Under the pieces are notes generated by a model, which did not search any database, was not told the origin of the DNA, and worked only from the letters and a program-made list of their open reading frames with translations. Positions 1-9,414 of a DNA stretch of 27,386 bases are shown here, in pieces. Made by a program: the position numbers and the translations under genes. Every line of letters starts with the position of its first letter. The first letter of the stretch is position 1. This DNA comes from Verrucomicrobiota bacterium (GTDB taxonomy: Bacteria > Verrucomicrobiota > Verrucomicrobiia > Opitutales > Coraliomargaritaceae), in contig JBCBZJ010000032.1 of NCBI GenBank assembly GCA_039815375.1, positions 1 to 27,386 of the forward strand. The letters run 5' to 3'.

Positions 1-138
1 ACCGGGCCCGGTAAGCCCAATCCAAGAGTGCGCATGGAAGCCAGACAGAAAGGATTCCAGTCTCGGCCAAGCTTCAGGTAGACAATATCAGCTACAAAAT
101 TGAAATTTTCACATTAAACTTGAGATGCCTTCACATGG

Positions 139-196
139 AAGGCGAGATAGCCAACACCTAAGCTGCGCCTAGGCGCGGCTACTCTCTACGTTGGCA
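139..196 (+). mobile_element. Integron attC-like site, left boundary of cassette (R'' end degenerate or truncated)
   Basis: GAGATAGCC (144-152) pairs with GGCTACTCTC (177-186) with one unpaired base, as in L''/L' boxes. There is an inner palindrome GCGCCTAGGCGC (165-176), and the site ends in the R' core GTTGGCA (190-196) just before the ORF. Confidence 0.6.
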
Positions 197-202
197 AAGA
201 AA

Positions 203-664
203 ATGAAATATCACCACGTCATAGCTTCATGCAAATCTCTTAGCCAAGGTTACCATGAATTATTCGCCGACTTGTCGGAAGACGAAGTCCGTTCTCGATT
301 CGTAAATCCCTATCTGAAAGGCGAACACATACTATGCGGAAACGACCAAATCGATGTATTCGGAATCACGAAATTAATGATTATCAGAACGGAAGAGAGT
401 TCAGAGAACACAAGAAAAAGAATAAATGAAGAATCCCTCCGACGTATTGACGCGATAAATTCTCAGGGTGGCCCAATCGTCATTAGTGCAGGCTCTGGAT
501 ATCACGCAGAGGACATTAAAGAGGGTGGAGAAGACGTGACTTCACAGTTCATAACTGGAGCAGTAGGCTCAAAGAAAGCAAAACCATGGTATGTAAATCT
601 TATTCTCACGGTAACAGGAGGACTTTTAGTCGCCGGACTGGTCTGGTGGCTTGGATGGAAATAA
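203..664 (+). CDS. Hypothetical cassette-borne protein (~153 aa) with a soluble N-terminal domain and one C-terminal TM helix
   Basis: The ORF track gives 191..664 (TTG). ATG at 203 is preferred because 191 overlaps the attC core. The C-terminus is hydrophobic (WYVNLILTVTGGLLVAGLVWWLGWK) and the ORF fills the space between two attC-like sites. Confidence 0.8.
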   Translation: MKYHHVIASCKSLSQGYHELFADLSEDEVRSRFVNPYLKGEHILCGNDQIDVFGITKLMIIRTEESSENTRKRINEESLRRIDAINSQGGPIVISAGSGYHAEDIKEGGEDVTSQFITGAVGSKKAKPWYVNLILTVTGGLLVAGLVWWLGWK

Positions 665-669
665 ACCAG

Positions 670-744
<75 letters not shown>

Positions 745-750
745 AATATT

Positions 751-774
751 GCCGAGATTACCTCGGCTTTTTTT
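751..774 (+). terminator. Putative intrinsic terminator
   Basis: GCCGAG-attac-CTCGGC followed by T7. Confidence 0.5.
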
Positions 775-1134
775 CCAAAGAGCTTTGTCTCAGGGGACAA
801 AAAATGGCTATTTTAGGGTATTTTACGGCATTTTGGGCCGATTCTTCGAAAATGGTTAATTCTGTAAGATACTATAATTCAGTGTGATGCGAGAAATATC
901 AATTTCTGCTTGTGTGACATGGATTCATTGCGGCGACGTTTGATTTGGAGCAACGGTGTGGTCCGATTCATGTTCTGCAACTAATAAGCGACCGAATTCT
1001 ATCATCTTTAACTTTCGCTCTGTTGAAAGCTGCTGCCAGATGTTCAGGATTTGGTCAGTTTGACATTTTGGAGTGCATTCAAGTTCATTAAATTTGTAAG
1101 CGTTTGGTTTGGAGGAATTAAAGTCATTCTTAAT

Positions 1135-1165
<31 letters not shown>

Positions 1166-1166
1166 T

Positions 1167-1196
1167 TAAGCCCCTCAATTAGCATTGAGGGGCTTA
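1167..1196. terminator. 13-bp perfect hairpin after the tRNA fragment (likely the original tRNA terminator)
   Basis: TAAGCCCCTCAAT-tagc-ATTGAGGGGCTTA, starting 5 nt after CCA. Confidence 0.7.
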
Positions 1197-1474
1197 TTGC
1201 TGTTCAGACCGGTAGACCTCCCTGTGCCTTTGCCGCCCAAGGAACTTGTGAATATCATTTTTTTGGGCATATTTTATAAGGGAATATATTATAAATATGC
1301 CTGATGAAGAGACACTTACATTACCCAATAGGGCACTCTCAAAGTTTGTATGTATGTTCGGGTTCAAGAAACTTCACCTCATACGGTTTTGAGCAATTGC
1401 GACGCTCGGACGAGAGATCTTATATATCGATGCATGGGCTTGACGCCGTCGGTGGATTGTTGATCAATCAAGGT

Positions 1475-2815
1475 ATGTGCCGTTGTCTAATATCCCTACT
1501 CTTTGTGTCCTGTCTGTTCAGCTTTGTTCTCCAAGGTGAGGATAAGCCCAATTTTCTGCTCATTCTGACTGATGATCTCGGCTATGGAGATACCTCTGTT
1601 TACGGCGCACCCGACTTGACGACGCCAAATATTGACCGATTGGCGAAAGAGGGAATGTTATTCACTTCAATGCGTGCGAACTGCACCGTTTGTTCTCCAA
1701 CGCGGGCTGCGATGCTTACAGGCAAGTATGCAGACCGCGTGGGCGTTCCAGGAGTGATACGCACAGGCACGAATACCTGGGGCTACTTTGACCCCTCCGC
1801 ATCCACACTTGCAGACGAGTTGAATAAGGCCGGCTACCATACGGCAATTGTTGGCAAATGGCATCTGGGGCTGAAATCGCCCAATACCCCGAATGAGCGC
1901 GGCTTTGATTTCTTCCATGGCTTTCTTGGCGACATGATGGACGATTATTACACACACCGGCGTTCCGGAAACAATTACATGCGTCTTAATTCTGAGATTA
2001 TCGAACCGGAGGGGCATGCCACAGAATTATTCACTGACTGGGCGATCGAATATTTACATGATCGTGCGTCGCAGCCGGATGAGCCGTTTTTCCTTTATTT
2101 AGCTTACAACGCCCCGCACTTCCCGATTCAACCGCCAGACGATTGGCTTGCGCGTGTCGAAGCGCGTGCTCCGGAACTTTCAAAGAAGCGCGCCAAGAAC
2201 GTGGCTTTTGTCGAGCACACGGATGATTGCATCGGCCGCTTACTCGAAGGACTTAAGGCTGCTGGCTTGGCAGAGAATACCGTGGTTGTGTTTACCTCAG
2301 ACAATGGTGGAGCCCTCGGCTACGATCAGCGCAATCTGCCTTGGCGTAGTGGAAAGCAGAGCCACTACGACGGTGGGCTCAAGGTGCCCTTCCTCGTGCG
2401 TTGGCCGGGGCAAGTTGCTGCAGGTTCGATCTCTGACTACGAAGGACTTACCTTCGATGTTTTTCCAATGTTCCTGAACCTGGCGGGTGCTCAAATTCCT
2501 GAAGATCTGGATGCTGAGGATATTTCGCCGCTCTTTGCCGGCGAATCGATGCCGAAGGACCGTTCACTTTATTTTGTGCGCCGTGAGGGGCGTATCTATG
2601 GTGGAAAAAGCTACAATGCACTCATCCGGAATGGCTGGAAACTGATGCAGAACAATCCGTATTCGCAGCTCGAGCTCTATAACCTGAAAGAGGACCCGCA
2701 GGAAACCACCAATCTTTTCAAAAAAGAGCAGAAGCTTGCCCGCGAACTCCAACTGGAAATTCAGGATCACATTCAGCGTGCGGGCAGTGTGCCGTGGGAA
2801 CCGCCTGCGAAATAG
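1475..2815 (+). CDS. Secreted S1-family sulfatase (arylsulfatase/GalNAc-6-sulfatase-like)
   Basis: Motifs PNFLLILTDDLGYGD, CSPTRAAMLTG, GKWHLG, FTSDNGG and ELYNLKEDPQE. The start is moved from 1304 to the in-frame ATG at 1475, which gives a signal-peptide-like N-terminus (MCRCLISLLFVSCLFSFVLQG). Confidence 0.95.
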   Translation: MCRCLISLLFVSCLFSFVLQGEDKPNFLLILTDDLGYGDTSVYGAPDLTTPNIDRLAKEGMLFTSMRANCTVCSPTRAAMLTGKYADRVGVPGVIRTGTNTWGYFDPSASTLADELNKAGYHTAIVGKWHLGLKSPNTPNERGFDFFHGFLGDMMDDYYTHRRSGNNYMRLNSEIIEPEGHATELFTDWAIEYLHDRASQPDEPFFLYLAYNAPHFPIQPPDDWLARVEARAPELSKKRAKNVAFVEHTDDCIGRLLEGLKAAGLAENTVVVFTSDNGGALGYDQRNLPWRSGKQSHYDGGLKVPFLVRWPGQVAAGSISDYEGLTFDVFPMFLNLAGAQIPEDLDAEDISPLFAGESMPKDRSLYFVRREGRIYGGKSYNALIRNGWKLMQNNPYSQLELYNLKEDPQETTNLFKKEQKLARELQLEIQDHIQRAGSVPWEPPAK

Positions 2816-3029
2816 TTGGCTTAAACAAAATTTCTACAAATGGTGGGAGCGGGTCTTCCAACTATCTGAAATACGGGGCCCGGAAGCCTCAGGACAGCCC
2901 TGCTTATGTTTATGTGCCCTTGGCCAGTTGCCATACACTATTCTCATACTACCGCAAAATCCGGGTTGAAAGGCACCTTCTTGCGGATCCCGGTATCCGT
3001 GCCAAGCGAGCTCTTTTCTAGCTGAGATA

Positions 3030-4397
3030 CTATTTCTCTTTAGGACTTGGTAGGGTGGTCTCGAACTGTTCGATTAACTTGAGATATTGGCTGGCTACTT
3101 CGGGGAATTTATGTGCCACATTATTGGATTCAGATGGGTCCATCAAAATGTTGTAAAGCCGGAATTTGCCTTTTTGCAGGTGTGCTTTCCACTGCTTTTC
3201 GCGAAGGGTGGTCCAACCGGGGCGGTCGTTCCAAAAATGAGGCCCAGAGCGTATGATCTGTTCGCCTCTTAGGGCAGCAACAAGGTTTTCACCGTCGATC
3301 CCTTCAGGAGCGCTTGTGCCTGCCAGTGCTGCAATAGTCGGGAGGAAATCGACTCCAGTGAAAACGGTCTGGGTATTGACTGATCCGGCAGAAACCTTAC
3401 CGGGCCAACGCACGAAAAAAGGGGTGCGGACGCCTCCGTCATTGAGTGAGATTTTGCGATCTCGGTATGGGCCCGCCGAACCGACGCAGTTGATTAGGGT
3501 TGGCCTTTCCTTCATGCGCGTGGCCAGTTGGTCCAGGTTGTGAACCGCGTCGAGTGGCGGTGGACCATTATCACTGGCAAAAATGACGATCGTGTTTTCG
3601 TCGAGTCCGAGTGACTTGATTGCAGACATTAGGCGCCCGACATGATTGTCGAGCTCTGTTACATCAGAGCAGTAGGCGCGCATGGCGGCTTCCACATCGC
3701 CTTGCGTATCGATCCATTGTAGAAATTCCTGCATCAGCGGGTTGTCAAAGTCGCTGATGTCGACCTGCAGGTCTTGGTAAACTGCAAGCATTTCCGGTGT
3801 CGGGTCGATGTAGGAATGGGTCGGGTAGACCCACAGGTTGATGTAAAAGGGCTGTGTGCTCTCCTTTTGACTTTCCATGTAATCGATTGCCAAATCGACG
3901 TATCTCCTCGTGGTGTTTTCTCGCCAGTGTGGTTGGTTGCGTTCCTTTGGAGTCCAGCCTTCTTTATTGCCGTTGGCTATGAAGTCCACGTCTACACCAT
4001 ACATCGCAGGCGTCGGATCTTCTTGATTACGACCACTCATATGCCATTTGCCAAAGTGAGCAGTAGTATAGCCTGCACGATTCAGCACGCGATAGAGGTT
4101 GTCCGCCTCGGTATCCATCTCTCGGGTCTTTTGAAAATACCGTGATGGGTAGATACCACTCATTAAGGCATAGCGGCTTGGTGCGCACCAAGCCGCACTC
4201 ATGTAGGCATTTTCAATACGAAGACCCTCCATAGCGAGGCGGTCGATATGGGGCGATTTTACGTAGGGGTGACCGGTAATCCCCAGATCACCGTAGCCGA
4301 GATCATCACATAGAATGAAAACTATATTCGGCTGTGCTGCGGATGTGAAATGCTTCACTAGCAACAGTGCAAGCAAGCAGACTGAACGAAGCGTCAT
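3030..4397 (-). CDS. Secreted S1-family sulfatase
   Basis: Signal peptide; motifs PNIVFILCDDLGYGD, CAPSRYALMSG, GKWH and FASDNG. Confidence 0.95.
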   Translation of the reverse strand: MTLRSVCLLALLLVKHFTSAAQPNIVFILCDDLGYGDLGITGHPYVKSPHIDRLAMEGLRIENAYMSAAWCAPSRYALMSGIYPSRYFQKTREMDTEADNLYRVLNRAGYTTAHFGKWHMSGRNQEDPTPAMYGVDVDFIANGNKEGWTPKERNQPHWRENTTRRYVDLAIDYMESQKESTQPFYINLWVYPTHSYIDPTPEMLAVYQDLQVDISDFDNPLMQEFLQWIDTQGDVEAAMRAYCSDVTELDNHVGRLMSAIKSLGLDENTIVIFASDNGPPPLDAVHNLDQLATRMKERPTLINCVGSAGPYRDRKISLNDGGVRTPFFVRWPGKVSAGSVNTQTVFTGVDFLPTIAALAGTSAPEGIDGENLVAALRGEQIIRSGPHFWNDRPGWTTLREKQWKAHLQKGKFRLYNILMDPSESNNVAHKFPEVASQYLKLIEQFETTLPSPKEK

Positions 4398-4657
4398 AAG
4401 TATGGGGCTGCAAAAAATTCGATTTCTTTTAGGGAACTACAAAGAGAGCTATCCTGGATAGGCTTTTTTCATATCAGGAACTGGAAGAGTAAATAATGGT
4501 ATTTCCCGGGTTGCACTTTGTTGGAGCTGATTGTGCAGGCGATTTACATCGATTGTATTTTTAATGAACTCTCCACGCGCCGAGTTTTGTCTCGATGAAA
4601 GGTATTCGCGAAAAGTCTAGATTAGGCACAGCTTCCAAGAAGAAAGTGTCTGAGCAA

Positions 4658-6061
4658 TTATTTGTTCGGTTCCGGCATGATCTCAATGTAGCCGCGCATG
4701 CGCTTTACGATAGCAGCGTATTCGGGGTTGTCGGCTAGATTGTAATGCTCGTCAGGATCGCGTTCGTGGTCCCAAAGTGCGTGCCCTCCGCCCTTCCAGA
4801 CAGTGTAGCGATAGCGCGAGTCGCGCACGGAACGGTCGGCATTGACATAAGAATAGGCGATCTTCCTGCTCCGTGGTGCAGCTGGATCCTCGAGCAGAGG
4901 CACCAGACTGATACCATCGAGGTTTTTCGGAGCTTGTAAGTTACAGAGCTCAGCAAGGGTGGGATAGATATCTATAAACTCTACAATGCTGTTGGTGCTC
5001 TCGCCCTTCAGCTGCATGTCCGGCGTGGCGATTAGCATGGGAGCAAGACAGGAACGCTCGAAAAGCACAGCCTTGTTCCAGTAGTCCTTGTCGCCGATTT
5101 GGTAGCCATGGTCACCAATGAAAACGATCACGGTGCTGTCGAGGAGCCCCTTGGATTCCAGATGTTCCATTATCCTGCCAAACTGTTCATCCATGTAGCT
5201 GATGCCGGCATAGAAGGCTCGCATGGCTTCGAGCTTTTGCTGGTATGTCATTTTGTCGAAGGCAGCCTTGAAGACATTGTAAAAGGCATGGTCGGGGACC
5301 GGGCTGGCATCGGCGGGTGTTTGAGGTAATTGCAAGGACTCCAGCGGATACATATCGAAGAAGCGCTTGGGTGCAAAGTAGGGGTCATGCGGACGAGCAA
5401 AGCCGACGCCGAGAAAAAAGGGCACACCATCGGCAGCGATTTCATCGATCCGGTTCATTGTAGCACGAGCCACTTGAAAGTCCTTAAGGTATTCCTCCCC
5501 TTCGGTCACTGATCGCCATTCAAACCAAGGCACGGTTTCGTCGCTGAGCATGGCACCTTCACCCTTGGTTTTGGCTTCTTGTCCTTGTTGGTAGAAGCGG
5601 GGCTCGCGATCCATCGGTAGCAGTCCTCCTGTATACATATTGGAAATTTGATTCCATGACTGCGGGTCGCGATGGTGGAAGACCTTGCCAGTGCTGACTG
5701 TGCGGTAGCCATTCTGTTTAAAAAGTTGAGGTAAGGTAACGATATCCGGAATCAGGTCGCGTATGTGATCGGCATTGTTCAGGTTGCCGCTTGTGCCGGG
5801 ATAAAGGCCCGTTAAGAACGAGTTTCGACTCGGATTGCAGAGCGGATACTGGGAGTAAGCACGGTTGAACTGCATGCCACGTGCACGCAGTCTATCGAGG
5901 TTTGGTGTTCGCACCTGCGGGTGCCCGTAGCTGGCGATGTCGACATTGAGATCATCGGCTACAACGAAGAGCACGTTGTAGGGCTTGCTGCTACTGTTGT
6001 TGTTGGCGCAGGCGATGCCTACACAGAAGATCAGACCTGTAATAATCCGGAGCGTTTTCAT
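4658..6061 (-). CDS. Secreted S1-family sulfatase, iduronate-2-sulfatase/choline-sulfatase-like
   Basis: Motifs NVLFVVADDLN, CNPSRNSFLTG, GKVFH, PFFLGVGFARPHDP and GDHGYQIG. Confidence 0.95.
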   Translation of the reverse strand: MKTLRIITGLIFCVGIACANNNSSSKPYNVLFVVADDLNVDIASYGHPQVRTPNLDRLRARGMQFNRAYSQYPLCNPSRNSFLTGLYPGTSGNLNNADHIRDLIPDIVTLPQLFKQNGYRTVSTGKVFHHRDPQSWNQISNMYTGGLLPMDREPRFYQQGQEAKTKGEGAMLSDETVPWFEWRSVTEGEEYLKDFQVARATMNRIDEIAADGVPFFLGVGFARPHDPYFAPKRFFDMYPLESLQLPQTPADASPVPDHAFYNVFKAAFDKMTYQQKLEAMRAFYAGISYMDEQFGRIMEHLESKGLLDSTVIVFIGDHGYQIGDKDYWNKAVLFERSCLAPMLIATPDMQLKGESTNSIVEFIDIYPTLAELCNLQAPKNLDGISLVPLLEDPAAPRSRKIAYSYVNADRSVRDSRYRYTVWKGGGHALWDHERDPDEHYNLADNPEYAAIVKRMRGYIEIMPEPNK

Positions 6062-6078
6062 AATGTTTCCGTATCGGT

Positions 6079-7659
6079 TTACTCAGTGAACTCTCCAAAA
6101 GGACGTTCTTTGAATTTGCCAAGTTCACGCGCAAGTTCTTTTTGAGCTCTCTCTGCAATCTCTGGATTCTGGCGGAAGACGTTCACTGTTTCCTCTGGGT
6201 CGACTTTGAGGTTATAGAGTTGGTCAGCTTCAAAGTAGTGCGGATTCTCCCGAGATGCGTGATGCCCGAGATGGCCATTGCGGGTGAGGTAGGGCATAGG
6301 AATTGGCAGACCATCAAAACCGGTGAACTTGTCGCCTCGATCGATCCGCTTTTGTAGCTTTTCCGGATAGCGCACGGCAATATACTTCCATTCCTTGGTC
6401 TTAACTGAGCGTGAGTGGCCCAGCTCGCCGAAGAGGATGCTGCGCACCGGTTCCTTGCTGCCAAAGAGTGCATGCTTAAAACTTTGACCGTCCACTTCAT
6501 AGTCGGTGGGCTTTTCAATCCCGCAAAGATCCATCAAGGTGGGTGCGACGTCGATATTGGCAACGATCGGGTCATACTCTAAGCCAGGTTCGATAGTACC
6601 CTTCCAGCGCATGATCATGGGCACACGCATGCCGAAATCATGTAGGGTGGCTTTTCCGTGACGCCAGGAACCGTGGTCAGGGACGAATACAATCAGCGTG
6701 TTTTCAGCGAGTCCGAGTGACTCTACCTTGTCGATGATCGCACCAACTCCGTCGTCGAGCCAAAGTGCGTAGGCATCCTTGTCCTTAAAACCGGCTTCAC
6801 GGTTGCGGCGCAGCACATCTTCACGGGAAGGCAGCACATCGAAGCCTTCAGCGACGTAGCCTTCGCCTGTCATTCGCGGGTCTGCTGCCAGTGTAAACCG
6901 GTTCACCCATGGTGCCGGACCGTGGTGCAGGGTAGTGGAAAAGAAGAGGAAGAAGGGTTGGTCCTTCGACTGCTCGATGAACTTAAAGGCCTTAGCTACC
7001 GTCCAGTCGAGGTTGTGGACAAATAGGGCGTCGTTGCGCAACTCCCTGAGGTTAGCGGCGTAGTAGCCATCAACAAAGTCGAAGCCATAGGGTTTCATGG
7101 CCTCACACCACTTCTGGTGGTTGCGGCGCATTTTGGCGCTTACATCAGGGTCGCGCGGGTCGGCATCTTTAGGATAGGGTTCCAGTCCTGCATGCTCCCA
7201 ATCTCCGTTGACCCATTCGTGATTGATCAGATGGCTTTTGCCAACAAATCCAGTCTTATAACCGTTTGCTTGCAGGACCTTGGGCAAGTTCCAGCGGTCA
7301 AGCTCGAGCTCGCCGATATTCTCGACTTGGGTCTGATCGCCAAGTGGGTGCTCTTGCATGAATCGCTCCCCCGTGCAGTTTCCGGAATAACGTCCTGTAA
7401 GGAAGCTATATCGCGAGGGAGAGCAAACTGTTGAAGTCACATTGAAGTCACTTAAAAAAAGTCCTTCCGCAGCCATTTTATCGATCCGTGGCGTGTGCAC
7501 TTTGCCACCCATGAATCCAAGAGAATCCCAACTCTGATCGTCAGTTATGATAAAGACGATGTTTGGCTTGGCATCGCCAAGCGCATTCAGCATGCCAACA
7601 AGAGTGAGCCATAGGAAAACTATAATTTTTGATGTATTGTATTTATCTCTAAGTATCAT
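6079..7659 (-). CDS. Secreted S1-family sulfatase
   Basis: Motifs PNIVFIITDDQ, CSPSRYSFLTG, GKSH, PDHG and QLYNLKVDPEE. Confidence 0.95.
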   Translation of the reverse strand: MILRDKYNTSKIIVFLWLTLVGMLNALGDAKPNIVFIITDDQSWDSLGFMGGKVHTPRIDKMAAEGLFLSDFNVTSTVCSPSRYSFLTGRYSGNCTGERFMQEHPLGDQTQVENIGELELDRWNLPKVLQANGYKTGFVGKSHLINHEWVNGDWEHAGLEPYPKDADPRDPDVSAKMRRNHQKWCEAMKPYGFDFVDGYYAANLRELRNDALFVHNLDWTVAKAFKFIEQSKDQPFFLFFSTTLHHGPAPWVNRFTLAADPRMTGEGYVAEGFDVLPSREDVLRRNREAGFKDKDAYALWLDDGVGAIIDKVESLGLAENTLIVFVPDHGSWRHGKATLHDFGMRVPMIMRWKGTIEPGLEYDPIVANIDVAPTLMDLCGIEKPTDYEVDGQSFKHALFGSKEPVRSILFGELGHSRSVKTKEWKYIAVRYPEKLQKRIDRGDKFTGFDGLPIPMPYLTRNGHLGHHASRENPHYFEADQLYNLKVDPEETVNVFRQNPEIAERAQKELARELGKFKERPFGEFTE

Positions 7660-7688
7660 AGATGCTTTAGTGGTTCAATGAGAGCGGT

Positions 7689-9170
7689 TTACTTTTTGAT
7701 CCATTTGAAAGTTTCGCCTTCAGTAACCAGCTTGTAGTCACTCTTTTTGTAAGCAGGCGGAGCAAAATGTTCAGGTGCCGATGCAGCGAGTGCCTTCTTT
7801 ACTTCTGTATAATCTGCCTTGTCGGCTAGGTTATGCCATTCGTTCGGATCCTTGATCACATCGTAGAGTTCTTCGCCTCCGTCTGCATAGTGGATATAGC
7901 GCCAACGCTGGTTTATTATAGCATATTCATTGGGTTTCAGCCCTGGAAGTAGCACATCGCGGTCGCGTGCCGCATCAGGGTTAACCAATGCTGGGGTTAG
8001 CGAGGTGCCATCCAGTTTCGGATCTTCAGCGGCACCAGCGATTTCAAGTAAAGTCGGATACAGGTCAATTAGGCTGACGCTTGTGTTAACTTTCTGCTTC
8101 TGCGCGATTCCGGGGCCAGCCCAGAGAAAGGGCACGTTTGAGGTTCGTTCCCATAGTGTGTGTTTTCCCCAATCAAACTTCTCGCCGTGATGGTAGCCAT
8201 GATCGCTCCATAGGACCACAATGGTTTTCCCCGCGTGAGGGCTCTCTGCAAGCGTATTCAGGATTCGACCGAGCATTGCGTCCGCGTAGGAAACGCTTGC
8301 CAGATAGCCGTGGATGGCGTCCTTGACTGCACCGATCTTTTCTAGGTGGAGGTGGATTTTTGAACGGCCAGTCTTCTGCTTGCGGATTCTTTCGGGGAGG
8401 TCGTCAAGATCAGTTTCATAATACTCCGGCGGAACAATTGAATTCCGGTCATACAGGTCGAAATACTTCTGTGGCACATAGTTGGGGAAGTGTGGTGCAT
8501 AAAGCCCTAATGCCAGGAAAAAGGGTTTGTCGTGGGGCTGTTTCAGTTTTTTACAAGCCCAGTTAGTGCGAATGCTGTCTGCCATCTCTTCTGCTTGGTC
8601 TTGTGGGACAACACCCCATTCGAGGAACCACGGGGCTTTGGTGGGCCGTCCTTCGCTGCGATTATATTTACTGTTTGGGTATGGTTGCGGGAGGTGTGGG
8701 CTACTTGCCTGCCAGTCTTTTAGAGGCCAGCCCTGTTGCTTTAGTTCTGTGCTGCGATGGAAAAATTCATCCCAGCCACGCAGATCGATCTGCCCTTCAA
8801 CATGGTGGAAGAGTTTGCCTCCGCCGTAGGTGGCATAGCCTGCCTCCTGCAGTGCAACTTGCAGCGGCTTTATCTCCGGATCTGAGACGAAGTAAACCTG
8901 ACTTTCGTAACATCCGGTCGTGCTGGCGTGTCGGCCTGTGAAAAGCGCAGTGCGCGAGGGCGCGCAATAGATGCCGGCTGTGTGGGCGTTCTGAAAAGTT
9001 ACCCCCGCCGCAGCCAAACGGTCGATATTAGGGGTGATTGCCTGCTGGTAGCCCATGGGGCTGATCCAGTCGCTGAGGTCATCAACAGCAAACATTATTA
9101 TATTTGGCTGTTTAGCCGCCAAGTTCGACACCAAGGCAGCCAGCCAGAGTATATGGACTAAAGGTTTCAT
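7689..9170 (-). CDS. Secreted S1-family sulfatase, iduronate-2-sulfatase-like
   Basis: Motifs PNIIMFAVDDLSDW, CAPSRTALFTG, GKLFH and WSDHGYHHGEKFDWGKHTLWE. Confidence 0.95.
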   Translation of the reverse strand: MKPLVHILWLAALVSNLAAKQPNIIMFAVDDLSDWISPMGYQQAITPNIDRLAAAGVTFQNAHTAGIYCAPSRTALFTGRHASTTGCYESQVYFVSDPEIKPLQVALQEAGYATYGGGKLFHHVEGQIDLRGWDEFFHRSTELKQQGWPLKDWQASSPHLPQPYPNSKYNRSEGRPTKAPWFLEWGVVPQDQAEEMADSIRTNWACKKLKQPHDKPFFLALGLYAPHFPNYVPQKYFDLYDRNSIVPPEYYETDLDDLPERIRKQKTGRSKIHLHLEKIGAVKDAIHGYLASVSYADAMLGRILNTLAESPHAGKTIVVLWSDHGYHHGEKFDWGKHTLWERTSNVPFLWAGPGIAQKQKVNTSVSLIDLYPTLLEIAGAAEDPKLDGTSLTPALVNPDAARDRDVLLPGLKPNEYAIINQRWRYIHYADGGEELYDVIKDPNEWHNLADKADYTEVKKALAASAPEHFAPPAYKKSDYKLVTEGETFKWIKK

Positions 9171-9414
9171 TGTATGATATAGAAAACAGTATCAGAGCTT
9201 CGACTCTAATGTATTGTCTAGGCTACTTAAGTGTGTGGGATATGTCTAAAGGGAAACGCGCAAACAATTCATGTTCCTGCTTGTGCCAAATCATATGAGA
9301 TGAATATCGTGTAATAGTAAAACGATTATTCTAAACTTCAAAATTCTGTTGCCCCTTTACCTATTGGCGTAAATTCGGAACTTTGATTGATACTCTGCTA
9401 ACTATTAGATTACC

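Noticed and set aside
1..120. Minus-strand frame FVADIVYLKLGRDW, faintly like the IS3 transposase WVxDITY motif
   Set aside because: Too short, preceded by an in-frame stop and cut by the window edge; there is no other support.
1304..1474. 57-aa N-terminal extension of the first sulfatase
   Set aside because: The signal peptide begins at ATG 1475, so the extension is probably just open upstream frame.
2794..3021. Short ORFs between convergent sulfatases
   Set aside because: No recognisable motif, and they overlap the upstream stop; a decayed remnant cannot be excluded.
4444..4469. Hairpin GAGCTATC-ctg-GATAGGCTTTTTT as a terminator
   Set aside because: The stem is imperfect and the T-tract is on the + strand while both flanking genes are on the minus strand.
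6000..6061. Lipoprotein signal (VGIAC) on the 4658..6061 sulfatase
   Set aside because: Poor lipobox match (Gly at -3); an ordinary signal peptide is equally plausible.
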